This document shows positions 19,411 to 29,233 of a stretch of 64,000 bases of DNA, piece by piece. The DNA comes from Polyangiaceae bacterium (GTDB lineage Bacteria; Myxococcota_A; Polyangia; Polyangiales; Polyangiaceae), in contig JBGANF010000011.1 in assembly GCA_044222475.1 (NCBI GenBank), forward strand, positions 1 to 64,000, given 5' to 3'. The notes under the pieces were generated by a model. It searched no databases and was not told the origin of the DNA. It saw only the letters and a list, made by a program, of their open reading frames with translations. A program made the translations under genes and the position numbers. Within the stretch, counting starts at the first letter, position 1. Each line of letters opens with the position of its first letter.

Positions 19411-19568
19411 GGTATTCCCATGTGGGACAACGCGTAACCACTGGATATGACTGGATCCATTCCCGGGTGGTGGGATGTAGGTGATCCAGCGACATGATCC
19501 AGGATGCCCCAGGGGGACGACGGTGCGTCGACCTGGATGGTGTGCCGCTCGCGAGTGGCCAGGCGGCT

Positions 19569-20234
19569 CTAGGTCGGCCGCGGTCGTTCGTGGACCCGCA
19601 GGAGGCCGTGCTTTCGCCAACCCTCTCGCGCGAGCCAAGTCTTCGGCGCGGCCGTCGGCGGTTCTTCGGCCGGAGTGAGCTCCGCAAAGCCATCGAACCA
19701 CCGCGCCGACGAGAAGCGATCGATGCCGCTCAGTCGCACTCCGTGCTTTTTTGCGTTCATCAACACGTAGACGATCGCGTTGCGCACCTCGCGTGGGGTC
19801 CGCAGCGCATGCGCGTGATAGCGCTCGCCCCAGACGCGTCCACGCACACCGAGCATTCGGTTCACCGCTCGTGCAAGGCGGGTGTTCAATCCGCGCATGC
19901 CGCGCGAGAGCGACTCCTTGTCGTGCGCTTCCACGATGAGGTGCACGTGATTCGTCTGCACCGAGAAATGCACGATGCGAAACGAGCCGCCGAGGATGCG
20001 CGACCGCCCCGACGCATCGACCGCGTCACGAATGGCCGATCCGATCGCCTGTTCGCGAAACGACGGCAGTCCAGCCCGCGCGCGCACGGTGACGTGAACG
20101 GGATGGCTCGCCCGATGCGACGGTCGCACGACGTGAGGCACCTTCGGCCGGGGGCCAGGCCTTCGACCGGCGCCGGGACGAGCGCCACCCCAGGTGCGCC
20201 GACGGAGCGGTAGCTCGAGTTGCTTCGCAGTCAT
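19569..20234 (-). mobile_element. HUH Y1 tyrosine transposase (RAYT/IS200-like)
   Basis: WGGARPGAGR N-terminus, PVHVTVR, HFSVQTNHVHLIVE (HUH), VWGERYH, NAIVYVLMN (catalytic Tyr); alternative start at 20252. Confidence 0.9.
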
Positions 20235-20247
20235 CTTGAATGAGGCA

Positions 20248-20275
20248 ATCATGAGTCTCGGGCGTCGTCCGTCAA
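20248..20275 (-). promoter_or_regulatory. Possible sigma-70 promoter of the transposase (TTGACG-N16-CATGAT)
   Basis: Strong -35 match and plausible -10, 14 nt before ATG 20234. Confidence 0.4.
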
Positions 20276-20310
20276 GGGCTATTCGCTCACTCCGTGAGGG
20301 TGAGCGCCTT

Positions 20311-20430
20311 CGGAAGCGGAAGCGGACTCCGACGCGGAAGCGGAAGCGGAAGCGGACGCGGAAGCGGAAGCGGAAGCGGAAGCGGACGCGGAAGCGGAAG
20401 CGGAAGCGGAAGCGGAAGCGGAAGCGGACT
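20311..20430. repeat. Intergenic hexamer tandem array (CGGAAG)n, 20 units
   Basis: 15x CGGAAG, 2x CGGACG, 2x CGGACT, 1x CCGACG, all in register. Confidence 0.98.
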
Positions 20431-21043
20431 ACGACCCGGCGAGCTTCTTCATCTGCCGGTCGTGGACTCCACTCAGAGTGATCAGCGCCGTGCTCGCCCC
20501 GACGAGACACATGAACATGTCCCACTGGGTGTCCCACGGATCCCCCTGCGTCCCGAGAAACGCCGTCGCTCCGTCCGACGTGAAGACCGCGGTCCACCAC
20601 TCGAAGAGCTCGTACAGCGCGCTCACCGCCAAGCAGAACGAGAGCACGAAGACCGCCACCCATCGCGAGCTCTTCATCACCTGCTTTCGCGTCACGATCT
20701 CGCGCGCCACCAGCGCCGGGACGAACCCCTGCGCGAAGTGTCCGACCCGATCGTAGTGGTTCCGCGCGAGGTGAAGCGCGTCCTTCACCCAGAAGCCCAG
20801 CGGCACCTCGGCGTAGGTGTAGTGCCCGCCGAGCGCCAGGATCGCGACGTGGATCGCGATCAGCACGTAGAGCAGATCCGTCAGCGGAAAACGCCGGTAC
20901 GTGGCGACCAGAATGGGCAACGCGACGACCGCCGGCGCGATCTCCAGGAACCACGTGAACCGCTCCCTCGGAGCGACCCCGCTGATCGCCAGCGTCGCGA
21001 GCGCGACCACCAGCATCGCGACCGGGAGCCTCCGCGACGTCAC
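20429..21043 (-). CDS. DUF2238 (YjdF-like) membrane protein
   Basis: [44 protein letters not shown]. Confidence 0.92.
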   Translation of the reverse strand: MTSRRLPVAMLVVALATLAISGVAPRERFTWFLEIAPAVVALPILVATYRRFPLTDLLYVLIAIHVAILALGGHYTYAEVPLGFWVKDALHLARNHYDRVGHFAQGFVPALVAREIVTRKQVMKSSRWVAVFVLSFCLAVSALYELFEWWTAVFTSDGATAFLGTQGDPWDTQWDMFMCLVGASTALITLSGVHDRQMKKLAGS

Positions 21044-22470
21044 TCGGCCGCGCGCGCTTCGTCTTGGAGCCGCTGCGCGAGCTTCATGACGCTCTGCTTC
21101 GCGTCACCGAAGAGCATCAGCGTGTTCTCGTTGTAACAGATCGCGTTGTCGACGCCGGCGTAGCCGGCCGCCATCCCGCGCTTGAGCATCACGACCTTCG
21201 CCGCTTTCCACGCCTCGAGGACCGGCATGCCGTAGATCGGGCTGTCGGGATCGGTGAGCGCGCTCGGGTTCACGATGTCGTTCGCGCCGATGATCAAGAC
21301 GACGTCGGTCTTCTCGAAGTCCTCGTTGATCTCGTCCATCTCCTTCACGATGTCGTAGGAGACGTTCGCCTCGGCGAGCAGAACGTTCATGTGGCCCGGA
21401 AGACGACCCGCGACCGGGTGGATCGCGTAGCGAACCTGAACGCCGCGAGCTTCGAGCAGCGACGTCATCTCCTTCACCGGGTGCTGCGCCTGCGCGACCG
21501 CCATGCCGTAACCCGGGACGATGATGACGCTCTTCGACGCGACGAGCAGCTGCGCGACCTGGTCGGCGCTGGCCTCGGTGACCTTGCCTTGCGGCGCGTC
21601 CTTCGCGCCCTTCGCGCCCGCCGCCGGCGTCGCCCCGAAGCCGCCGAAGACGACGTTCCAGATCGACCGGTTCATCGCCTTGCACATGATGTAGCTGAGG
21701 ATCGCGCCGGACGATCCGACGAGCGCACCGGTGATGATCAGGAGGTCGTTGCCGAGCATGAAGCCCGACGCGGCCGCCGCCCACCCGGAGTAGCTGTTGA
21801 GGAGCGAGACGACGACCGGCATGTCGCCGCCGCCGATCGCCATGACGAGGTGCACGCCGAGGAGCGACGCAATCCCGGTCATGATCAGGAGCGGCATGAG
21901 CCCGGTCGTCCCTTCGGCGGTGACGAACATCACGCCGAGCCACGCGCAGCCGCCGAGCATCGCGACGTTGAGGACATGCCGGCCGGGGAGCAGCAGCGGC
22001 TTCGAGCCGATCGTCGCGCGCAGCTTGAGGAAGGCGATGATCGAGCCGGTGAACGTGACCGCACCGATCAAGACGCCGACGAAGACCTCCACGAGGTGCA
22101 CGATCTCGTGCTCGGCGCCCGGCTCCAGGTAGCTCGCGATGCCGACGAGCACCGCCGCCGCGCCGACGAAGCTATGCAATACGGCGACGAGCTCCGGCAT
22201 CGACGTCATCGCGACGCGCGACGCGAGGACCGCACCGACGACCGCGCCGACGCCGATCGCACCGGCGAGGATTCCGTACGCGGTCGACATCTGCTCGGCC
22301 TGCTTGCCGGTCCCGAGCGCGACGCCGGTCACCACGAGCGCGAGGAGCATCCCGATCGCGCCGAGCATGTTCCCGCGGCGCGCGCTCTCCTGAGTGGAGA
22401 GTCCGCGGAGGCTCAGGATGAAGAGCATCCCGGCGAGGATGTAGACCAGCGTCTGCGAGGCCGCGATCAA
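21040..22470 (-). CDS. pntB: NAD(P) transhydrogenase beta subunit
   Basis: [68 protein letters not shown] start overlaps the pntA stop. Confidence 0.97.
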   Translation of the reverse strand: MIAASQTLVYILAGMLFILSLRGLSTQESARRGNMLGAIGMLLALVVTGVALGTGKQAEQMSTAYGILAGAIGVGAVVGAVLASRVAMTSMPELVAVLHSFVGAAAVLVGIASYLEPGAEHEIVHLVEVFVGVLIGAVTFTGSIIAFLKLRATIGSKPLLLPGRHVLNVAMLGGCAWLGVMFVTAEGTTGLMPLLIMTGIASLLGVHLVMAIGGGDMPVVVSLLNSYSGWAAAASGFMLGNDLLIITGALVGSSGAILSYIMCKAMNRSIWNVVFGGFGATPAAGAKGAKDAPQGKVTEASADQVAQLLVASKSVIIVPGYGMAVAQAQHPVKEMTSLLEARGVQVRYAIHPVAGRLPGHMNVLLAEANVSYDIVKEMDEINEDFEKTDVVLIIGANDIVNPSALTDPDSPIYGMPVLEAWKAAKVVMLKRGMAAGYAGVDNAICYNENTLMLFGDAKQSVMKLAQRLQDEARAAE

Positions 22471-24149
22471 TGCTTGCCTCCGTGGTGGTGATGGCCCGCA
22501 TGTCCGGCCGCCGCGCCCGGCGCGCGCTTGAACATCTTCAGCATGCGTTGGGTCACGAGGAACCCGCCCGCCACGTTGATCATCGCGAGCAGGATCGCCG
22601 CGCCCGCGAGCAGCGTGGGCGCTTGAGCTCCACCGATGCGCAACAGCAGCACTCCGCCGACGAGGATGATCCCGCTGATCGCGTTGGTGACGCTCATCAG
22701 CGGCGTGTGGAGCGCCGGCGTCACGTTCCAGACGACGTGCCAGCCGACGACGCACGCGAGCAGGAACACCGTGAGGTGCTGCAGGAAATCACCGTGGGCG
22801 AAGAGCCCGGCCGCGCCGAGGAGGAGCGCGAACCCGGCCGCCATCACCGGGCCGACGCGGCTCGGCGGCGGCGGAGGCGGAGCCTGCGGCGGCTTCTTCG
22901 CCTCCGGCCGCGGCGCGTGAGAGGGCGGCTTCGGCCGCGGGGGAGGCCAGAGGAGCTTGCCCTTCTCGAGCACGACGTTCGCCTCCGGCCGCGGCGCGTG
23001 AGAGGGCGGCTTCGGCCGCGGGGGAGGCCAGAGGAGCTTGCCCTTCTCGAGCACGACGACGCCTCGGTGAATCGCGTCCTCGAGGTCGAGGACGATCTCC
23101 TTCTTCTCGGCGTCCCAGACGTCTTCGAGGAGGTTGAAGATCGTCGTCGCGTAGAGCTCGCTCGACTGGTTCGCCATGCGGCTCGCCATGTCCGTGTATC
23201 CTACAATCTTCACGCCGAAGCGTTCGACGACCTTGTCGCGCTCGGTGAGCGGGCAGTTGCCGCCCTGCTCCGCCGCGAGATCGACGATGACCGAGCCGTG
23301 CTTCATGCTGACGACCGCGCCGCTCGTCACGAGCTTCGGCGCGTCCGCGCCCGGCACGACGGCGGTCGTGATGATGATGTCGCACTCCTTCGCGTTCTCG
23401 GCGATGAGCGCTTGCTCCGCGGCGATGTACGCCTCGCTCATCTGCTTCGCGTAGCCGCCTTCGCCTTCGCCCGACTCCTCGAACTTGAACTCGAGGAAGA
23501 TGCCGCCGAGGCTCTCGACCTGCTCGCGGACCGCGGGGCGCGTGTCGAACGCGCGGACCACGGCGCCGAGCGACTTCGCGGTCGCGACCGCGGCGAGCCC
23601 GGCGACTCCGGCGCCGACGACGAGCACGTTGGCCGGCTTCACGCGGCCGGCAGCCGTGACCTGACCGGAGAAGAACCGACCGAAGTGGCCGGCCGCTTCC
23701 ACGACCGCGCGGTAACCGACGATGTTCGCCATCGCGCTCAGCGCATCCATCTTCTGCGCGCGCGTGATGCGCGGCATCGCGTCCATCGCCAACACCGTGG
23801 TGTTGCGCGCGGCGAGCTGCTCGACGAGCGGCTTGCTCTGGCCCGGCCAGATGAACGAGATGAGCGACGCGCCCTCTTTGAGCATGTCCGCTTCGTGGCG
23901 GCCGTCGGCTCGGAGCATCGGGGCGCGGACCTTGAGGACGATGTCCGCATCCTCGAGGACGGCCTTCGCGTCCGGGAGGACGCTGGCTCCGACCTCGGCG
24001 TAGGTGCCATCGGGGAACCCGGCCCGGTCGCCCGCCCCGGTCTCGACGACGACGTCGAGCCCGAGCTTCCGGATGCGATTCACGATCGAGGGGGTGGCCG
24101 CGACCCGCGCCTCGTTGGGCGCGATTTCCTTCAGGATGCCTACCTTCAC
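22467..24149 (-). CDS. pntA: NAD(P) transhydrogenase alpha subunit (fused alpha1+alpha2)
   Basis: [52 protein letters not shown]. Confidence 0.97.
   Translation of the reverse strand: MKVGILKEIAPNEARVAATPSIVNRIRKLGLDVVVETGAGDRAGFPDGTYAEVGASVLPDAKAVLEDADIVLKVRAPMLRADGRHEADMLKEGASLISFIWPGQSKPLVEQLAARNTTVLAMDAMPRITRAQKMDALSAMANIVGYRAVVEAAGHFGRFFSGQVTAAGRVKPANVLVVGAGVAGLAAVATAKSLGAVVRAFDTRPAVREQVESLGGIFLEFKFEESGEGEGGYAKQMSEAYIAAEQALIAENAKECDIIITTAVVPGADAPKLVTSGAVVSMKHGSVIVDLAAEQGGNCPLTERDKVVERFGVKIVGYTDMASRMANQSSELYATTIFNLLEDVWDAEKKEIVLDLEDAIHRGVVVLEKGKLLWPPPRPKPPSHAPRPEANVVLEKGKLLWPPPRPKPPSHAPRPEAKKPPQAPPPPPPSRVGPVMAAGFALLLGAAGLFAHGDFLQHLTVFLLACVVGWHVVWNVTPALHTPLMSVTNAISGIILVGGVLLLRIGGAQAPTLLAGAAILLAMINVAGGFLVTQRMLKMFKRAPGAAAGHAGHHHHGGKH
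22897..23058. repeat. Exact 81-bp tandem duplication within pntA
   Basis: 22897-22977 is identical to 22978-23058; in frame, adds 27 aa. Confidence 0.95.
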
Positions 24150-24239
24150 GCTCCCTCGACTCTAGCGGAAAGAGGGCCGTTTTGGCGCATTCTTCCGCAA
24201 CCTTGACGCGCCGTCGCATTCGCGTTCTCGTGAGAAAGC

Positions 24240-24722
24240 GTGAGCAACGAGAAGAAGCCCGACGTCAACGCCACCATCCAGCTCGACCAGATCGACAACA
24301 TCGACGACGTCAAGCTGCCGGAGTCGCGACCCCGGATCCCCGGCGCCGCCGACGACTCGGGGTCGATGCGTCCGCGGGCTCCGACGGTTCCACCCCCCTT
24401 GCCGCCCGAGGAAGCCGCGAAGGCACTCGCGCCTCGGCCGAGCCAAGCACCGGTGAGCGCCTCGGTGAGGCCGTCTGCCGCGCCCGCGCAGCAGAAGAGC
24501 GGGCCGCCGGTCGCGTTGATCCTCGTCTTCGTCGTGCTCCTCGGAGGTGCAATATACGGCGGTCTCCGCCTCGGTGGCGCGATCGGCGGTGCACCGGCGG
24601 GATCGGCTGCCGCGAACGCTCCGCCGAGCGCGACGATCGCCGCGCCTTCGGCGTCGACGGCCGCACCCACGAGCTCGGTCCCGGCGCCGACGCGAACGAT
24701 CTCGATCCCCGAGGTCAACTGA
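24240..24722 (+). CDS. Pro/Ala-rich single-pass membrane protein
   Basis: One TM helix; upstream TTGACG. Confidence 0.65.
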   Translation: MSNEKKPDVNATIQLDQIDNIDDVKLPESRPRIPGAADDSGSMRPRAPTVPPPLPPEEAAKALAPRPSQAPVSASVRPSAAPAQQKSGPPVALILVFVVLLGGAIYGGLRLGGAIGGAPAGSAAANAPPSATIAAPSASTAAPTSSVPAPTRTISIPEVN

Positions 24723-25653
24723 TCCAGGTGACGGGCTCGCCTTTGAGCCACGTTCGCTGGCGACGCGCGAAGATCCACGTGCTCTGCCCGATGCGCGCCG
24801 CGAGCTCGCGCTCGGGGATCTCTCCGCGCAGGTGCGCCGCGACCTCGCGGTAGCCGACGCTTCCCATCGCCCGCGTCTCGCCGTAGCCCATCGCGACGAG
24901 CCGGCGAACCTCGTCGACGAGGCCGTTCGCGAGAAACTGCTCGGCGCGGCGATCGATCCGCGCGCGCAGATCGGGCAGGGTGAACGCCGGGCCGACGAGC
25001 CGCGCGCGATGACGCGGCGTGCGAAAGCCGTGGGCCTCGTGGAGCTCGCTCATGGGTTTCCCGGTGAGCTCGTGGACCTCGAGCGCGCGGCTCACGCGGA
25101 GCACGTCGTTCGGGTGGAGGGCCTTCGCGGACGCGGCATCGACCTTCTCGAGGAGGGCGTGGAGCGCCGCGCGTCCTTCTCGCTCGGCGAGCTCGCGGTG
25201 GCGCGCGCGGATCGCCGCGTTCGCCGGCGGCGCAGCCGCGAGCCCGAGGAGCACCGCGCGCATCCAGAGGTACGTCCCGCCGCACAGGATCGGCACCTTG
25301 CCGCGCGCGCGGACGTCGAGGATGGCGGCGTCGGCGAGCTCGGCGAATCGCGCCGCGTCGATCGCGTCCTTCGGGTCGTGCGTCGAGATCAGGTGGTGGC
25401 GCACCCGGGCGAGCTCCTCGGCCGACGGCTTCCCGGAGCCGACGTCGAAGTGACGGTAGATCTGGACGCTGTCGACCGAGATGATCTCGCCGCCGAGAGC
25501 CGTGGCGATCTCGAGCGCGAGCGCGCTCTTGCCGCTGGCGGTGGGCCCGACGATCGCGAGGAGCTCGCCCTTCGCGATCGCGTCGCGGGCGATGTGCAAC
25601 CCTGTGGTCAGGCCGTACCCATCGTCGACGCGCCCTTCGCCTTCACCGCGCAC
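24715..25653 (-). CDS. miaA: tRNA dimethylallyltransferase (true start probably near 25599)
   Basis: GPTASGKS, SVDSVQIY, GSGKP, HHLI, CGGTYLW, RALEV, ARRQRTW. Confidence 0.96.
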   Translation of the reverse strand: MRGEGEGRVDDGYGLTTGLHIARDAIAKGELLAIVGPTASGKSALALEIATALGGEIISVDSVQIYRHFDVGSGKPSAEELARVRHHLISTHDPKDAIDAARFAELADAAILDVRARGKVPILCGGTYLWMRAVLLGLAAAPPANAAIRARHRELAEREGRAALHALLEKVDAASAKALHPNDVLRVSRALEVHELTGKPMSELHEAHGFRTPRHRARLVGPAFTLPDLRARIDRRAEQFLANGLVDEVRRLVAMGYGETRAMGSVGYREVAAHLRGEIPERELAARIGQSTWIFARRQRTWLKGEPVTWIS

Positions 25654-28340
25654 TGCGCGGCGGCCAGGCGCGCGATGATCACGCGGAACGGCGAGCAGCT
25701 CACGTACTCGAGCCCGGCGTCCTGGAAGAACGAGATGCTCGCGGGATCGCCGCCGTGCTCACCGCAGACCCCGAGCTTGATCTTCGGGCGCGTCGCCTTG
25801 CCGCGTTCGCAGGCGATCTTCACGAGCTGCCCGACGCCGCTCGTGTCGAGCGAGACGAACGGATCCTTCGGGAGGAGCCCCGCGTCGACGTAGGCCGGCA
25901 AGAAGCGACCCGCGTCGTCGCGCGAAAGGCCCATCGTCGCTTGGGTCAAGTCGTTGGTGCCGAACGAGAAGAACTCGGCCGTCTGGGCGAGCTCGTTCGC
26001 GAGCAGCGCGGCGCGGGGGAGCTCGATCATCGTACCAAAATGGTACTCGGGGAGCGCGTCCTTCCCGCCGAGCTCTTTCACGATCCCGTCGACGATGGCC
26101 TTCATCGCGTCGAGCTCGGCCTTGGAGAAGGCGAGCGGGATCATGATCTCGGGGAGGACCTTCACGCCCTTCGCTTTCACCGCGCGCGCCGCCTCGAGGA
26201 TGGCGCGGATCTGCATCGCGTAGATCTCGGGGTGCGTGACCGCGAGCCGGCAGCCGCGGTGACCGAGCATCGGGTTCTGCTCGTGGAGGTCCTTCGCTCG
26301 CGTCGCGACGGTGGACGGCGAGAGCTTCATCGTCTTCGCCAGCTCCTCGATCTGCTTCGCCTCGGTCGGGAGGAACTCGTGCAGCGGCGGGTCGAGGAGG
26401 CGGATCGTGACGGGGAGCCCGTCCATCACCGTGAAGATCTCCTCGAAGTCGCCGCGCTGATACGGGAGGAGCTTCGCCAAGGCGCGAGCGCGCTCGGCGG
26501 CGTCGTCGCTGAGGATCATCTCGCGAACGGCGGCGATGCGGTCCTCGCCGAAGAACATGTGCTCGGTGCGGCAGAGACCGATGCCTTCGGCGCCGAAGTG
26601 GCGCGCGGTCTGTGCGTCGTGCGGAGTGTCGGCGTTGGCGCGCACGTGGAGCGTGCGGAGCTCGTCGGCCCAGCCCATGAGCGTCTCGAACTCTCCGGTG
26701 AGGCCGGCCGGGACCGTCGGCACGGCGCCCAGGAACACGTGACCCACGCCGCCGTCGATCGTGATCTTGTCGCCCTTCTTGAGGACGAGCTGCGAGCCGT
26801 CTTCGAGGGAGAACGTCGCGGTCTGCTTCTCGTAGCTGACTTGGACGCTGGACGTTCCGGCGACGCACGGCTTGCCCATGCCGCGCGCGACGACCGCCGC
26901 GTGGCTCGTCATGCCACCGCGAGCGGTCAGGATGCCGCGCGCCGCTTGCATGCCCTGGATGTCCTCCGGGGAGGTCTCGATCCGGACGAGGATCACGCCG
27001 ATGCCTTGGCTCGCGCGCAGCTTCGCCGCTTCGGCGTCGAACACGATCTCGCCGCTCGCCGCGCCCGGGCTCGCCGCGAGCCCGCGGGCGAGTCGCTTCT
27101 TCTCCGCCTTCGGATCGAGCGTCGGGTGCAGGAGCTGGTGGAGCGACTCGGGCTCCACGCGGAGCACGGCCTCCTGCTTGGAGATGACGCCTTCGCTCAC
27201 GAGGTCGCTCGCGATGCGGACCGCGGCCTTGCTCGTCCGCTTTCCGTTGCGGCACTGGAGCATGTAGAGGCGGCCTTCTTGGATCGTGAACTCGAGATCC
27301 TGCATGTCGCGGAAGTGCGCCTCGAGCTTGTCGGAGATGCGCGCGAGCTCGGCGTAGGCCGCCGGCATCTTCTCTTCCAGAGAGTCGCCCTTGCCCTCGT
27401 CCTTGCGCACCGCCATCGGCGTCCGGATCCCGGCGACCACGTCTTCGCCCTGCGCGTTCGGGAGCCACTCGCCGAAGAGCTTCTTCTCTCCGTTCGACGG
27501 GTTCCGGGTGAACGCCACGCCGGTCGCGCTCGTCTGACCGAGGTTGCCGAAGACCATCGCTTGCACGTTGCACGCGGTGCCCCACGAGTCGGGGATGTCG
27601 TGCATCTTGCGGTAGTAGGCCGCGCGCGCGTTGTTCCAGCTGCCGAACACCGCTTCGATCGCGCCCCAGAGCTGGGCCTTCGGATCGGTCGGGAAGTCCT
27701 TGCCCGACTTGTCCTTGACGATCTTCTTGAACGTCGCGACGAGGCCTTCGAGCTCCTTCTCGGGGATGTCGGAGTCCGGGACCTTGCGCTTGAGCTCTTC
27801 GGCGTTCATGCGCGTCGGGTCGATGCCCTTCGCCTTGGCGACGGCGATGCGGACCTCGTCGATGGCGTGATCGAAGGGCTCCTTCTCGATGCCGAGGGCG
27901 ATCGACGAGTACATCGCGACGAAGCGCCGGTAGGCGTCGAGCGCGAACTTGCGATCACCGGTGCGCTTGGCGATGCCCTCCGCCGTCGCCTCGTTGAGGC
28001 CGAGGTTCAAGATCGTGTCCATCATGCCAGGCATCGACGCGCGCGCGCCGGACCGAACCGAGACGAGAAGCGGCTTCTCGGCGTCGCCGAACTTGGCGCC
28101 GACGGCGGCCTCGACCTTGGCGAGGGCGGCCTCGACGGCTTCGCGGAGGCCGGCGGGGTGGGTCCCCGATTTCGCGTAGTGGTTGCACGCCTCGGTCGAG
28201 ATGGTGAGCCCGGGCGGGACGGGGAGCCCGAGCGACGTCATCTCCGCCAGCCCCGCGCCTTTCCCACCGAGCAGATCGCGGCGCTTCGGGTCGCCCTCTG
28301 CTTTGCCTTCGCCGAAAAAGAACACCAACGGGTCCGCCAT
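25608..28340 (-). CDS. ppdK: Pyruvate, phosphate dikinase
   Basis: LGGKGAGLAEM, SVRSGARASMPGMMDT, GGMTSHAAVVAR, GLCRTEHMF, FGTNDLTQ, CGEHGG. Confidence 0.98.
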   Translation of the reverse strand: MADPLVFFFGEGKAEGDPKRRDLLGGKGAGLAEMTSLGLPVPPGLTISTEACNHYAKSGTHPAGLREAVEAALAKVEAAVGAKFGDAEKPLLVSVRSGARASMPGMMDTILNLGLNEATAEGIAKRTGDRKFALDAYRRFVAMYSSIALGIEKEPFDHAIDEVRIAVAKAKGIDPTRMNAEELKRKVPDSDIPEKELEGLVATFKKIVKDKSGKDFPTDPKAQLWGAIEAVFGSWNNARAAYYRKMHDIPDSWGTACNVQAMVFGNLGQTSATGVAFTRNPSNGEKKLFGEWLPNAQGEDVVAGIRTPMAVRKDEGKGDSLEEKMPAAYAELARISDKLEAHFRDMQDLEFTIQEGRLYMLQCRNGKRTSKAAVRIASDLVSEGVISKQEAVLRVEPESLHQLLHPTLDPKAEKKRLARGLAASPGAASGEIVFDAEAAKLRASQGIGVILVRIETSPEDIQGMQAARGILTARGGMTSHAAVVARGMGKPCVAGTSSVQVSYEKQTATFSLEDGSQLVLKKGDKITIDGGVGHVFLGAVPTVPAGLTGEFETLMGWADELRTLHVRANADTPHDAQTARHFGAEGIGLCRTEHMFFGEDRIAAVREMILSDDAAERARALAKLLPYQRGDFEEIFTVMDGLPVTIRLLDPPLHEFLPTEAKQIEELAKTMKLSPSTVATRAKDLHEQNPMLGHRGCRLAVTHPEIYAMQIRAILEAARAVKAKGVKVLPEIMIPLAFSKAELDAMKAIVDGIVKELGGKDALPEYHFGTMIELPRAALLANELAQTAEFFSFGTNDLTQATMGLSRDDAGRFLPAYVDAGLLPKDPFVSLDTSGVGQLVKIACERGKATRPKIKLGVCGEHGGDPASISFFQDAGLEYVSCSPFRVIIARLAAAQCAVKAKGASTMGTA

Positions 28341-28351
28341 GGCGGCGCAAC

Positions 28352-29209
28352 CTAGATGACCGGGCCCGATTCGGCAACGGCCACGGCCTCGTGGAGCTTC
28401 GCCCGGCGGGCCGGGTTCCGTTCGAGCATCCTCGCGCACAAGTCATCGAGATCGTCGGGGATTCCGGGGACCAGAAACGAGGCCCGCGGCGCGCTCACTG
28501 TGCCTTTGCGCAGGACGACGTCGTGCGCGCTACCTGCGAACGGCACGTCTCCAGTGAGGACCAGAAACAGCAGCGTTCCGAGGGAGTAGACGTCGCAGGG
28601 CGCCGCGAAGCCACTCTCGTCCTGGCCGAGCTCGGGGGCGGCCCACGTCGTCGCCGTGAGCCCGTCGTCGAGCGTCCCCGGTGCCCTCGCGGCGTCGAGG
28701 TCGAGGAGCACGACCGAACCGTTCGCATCCACGAGCACGTTCTCGGGTCGGAGGTCGCCGTGGACGAAACCTGCATGATGCAAGTTTCCGACGGCGGCCG
28801 CGAGCGCGGCGAAGACGCGTCGAGCGCGAGCCAACAGGGTGGGCGAGGGGGCGTGGAAGCGCGGCGATTCGATGCGTTGCCCGAGCACCAGTCGCGCCAC
28901 TGGAGCCTCTTCCGGGCCTCGCAGCGCTTGCACCAGCGGCTCGCCGTCGCAGGCCGCCATCGTGAACCCGTGCCAGTCGTCGCCCTCGACCCAGTCGTAC
29001 AGACGCACGAGCCCGTAGGACGCCGCAGCGGTGGCGCGCAAGGCGGGAAACCGACTACGCACTTCGTCGTTGCGGCGATGAAAGACCTTCAGCGCCACGT
29101 CCTCCCCGCCTCGCATGTCGTCCCTGACGAGCAGCACCCGGCCGCGCGCGCCGCTCCCCAGCGGTCGTGGGTCGCGAAAACGGGGGGGCAGCGCGGACGG
29201 GCGTTCCAT
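28352..29209 (-). CDS. Compact, divergent Ser/Thr protein kinase
   Basis: LGSGARG, VALK, HGDLRPEN, DLD (for DFG), WAAPE, DVYSLG. Confidence 0.8.
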   Translation of the reverse strand: MERPSALPPRFRDPRPLGSGARGRVLLVRDDMRGGEDVALKVFHRRNDEVRSRFPALRATAAASYGLVRLYDWVEGDDWHGFTMAACDGEPLVQALRGPEEAPVARLVLGQRIESPRFHAPSPTLLARARRVFAALAAAVGNLHHAGFVHGDLRPENVLVDANGSVVLLDLDAARAPGTLDDGLTATTWAAPELGQDESGFAAPCDVYSLGTLLFLVLTGDVPFAGSAHDVVLRKGTVSAPRASFLVPGIPDDLDDLCARMLERNPARRAKLHEAVAVAESGPVI

Positions 29210-29233
29210 CGGGACGAAAGGTAGGGTACGAGA

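Noticed and set aside
20311..20430. Possible CRISPR array
   Set aside because: Simple hexamer repeat with no unique spacers and no cas genes in the window
20194..21136. ORFs with poly-RK, poly-GS or poly-RF tracts
   Set aside because: Translations of the CGGAAG array; the 461-aa ORF at 19569-20954 is only stop-free read-through upstream of the real transposase start
25755..28355. 866-aa plus-strand ORF and similar long ORFs (14287-16998, 17664-19484, 21064-22491, 22470-24206, 39018-40745, 51400-53184, 53714-55594)
   Set aside because: Antisense or off-frame shadows of recognisable genes; expected in high-GC DNA, Arg/Ala-rich and motif-free
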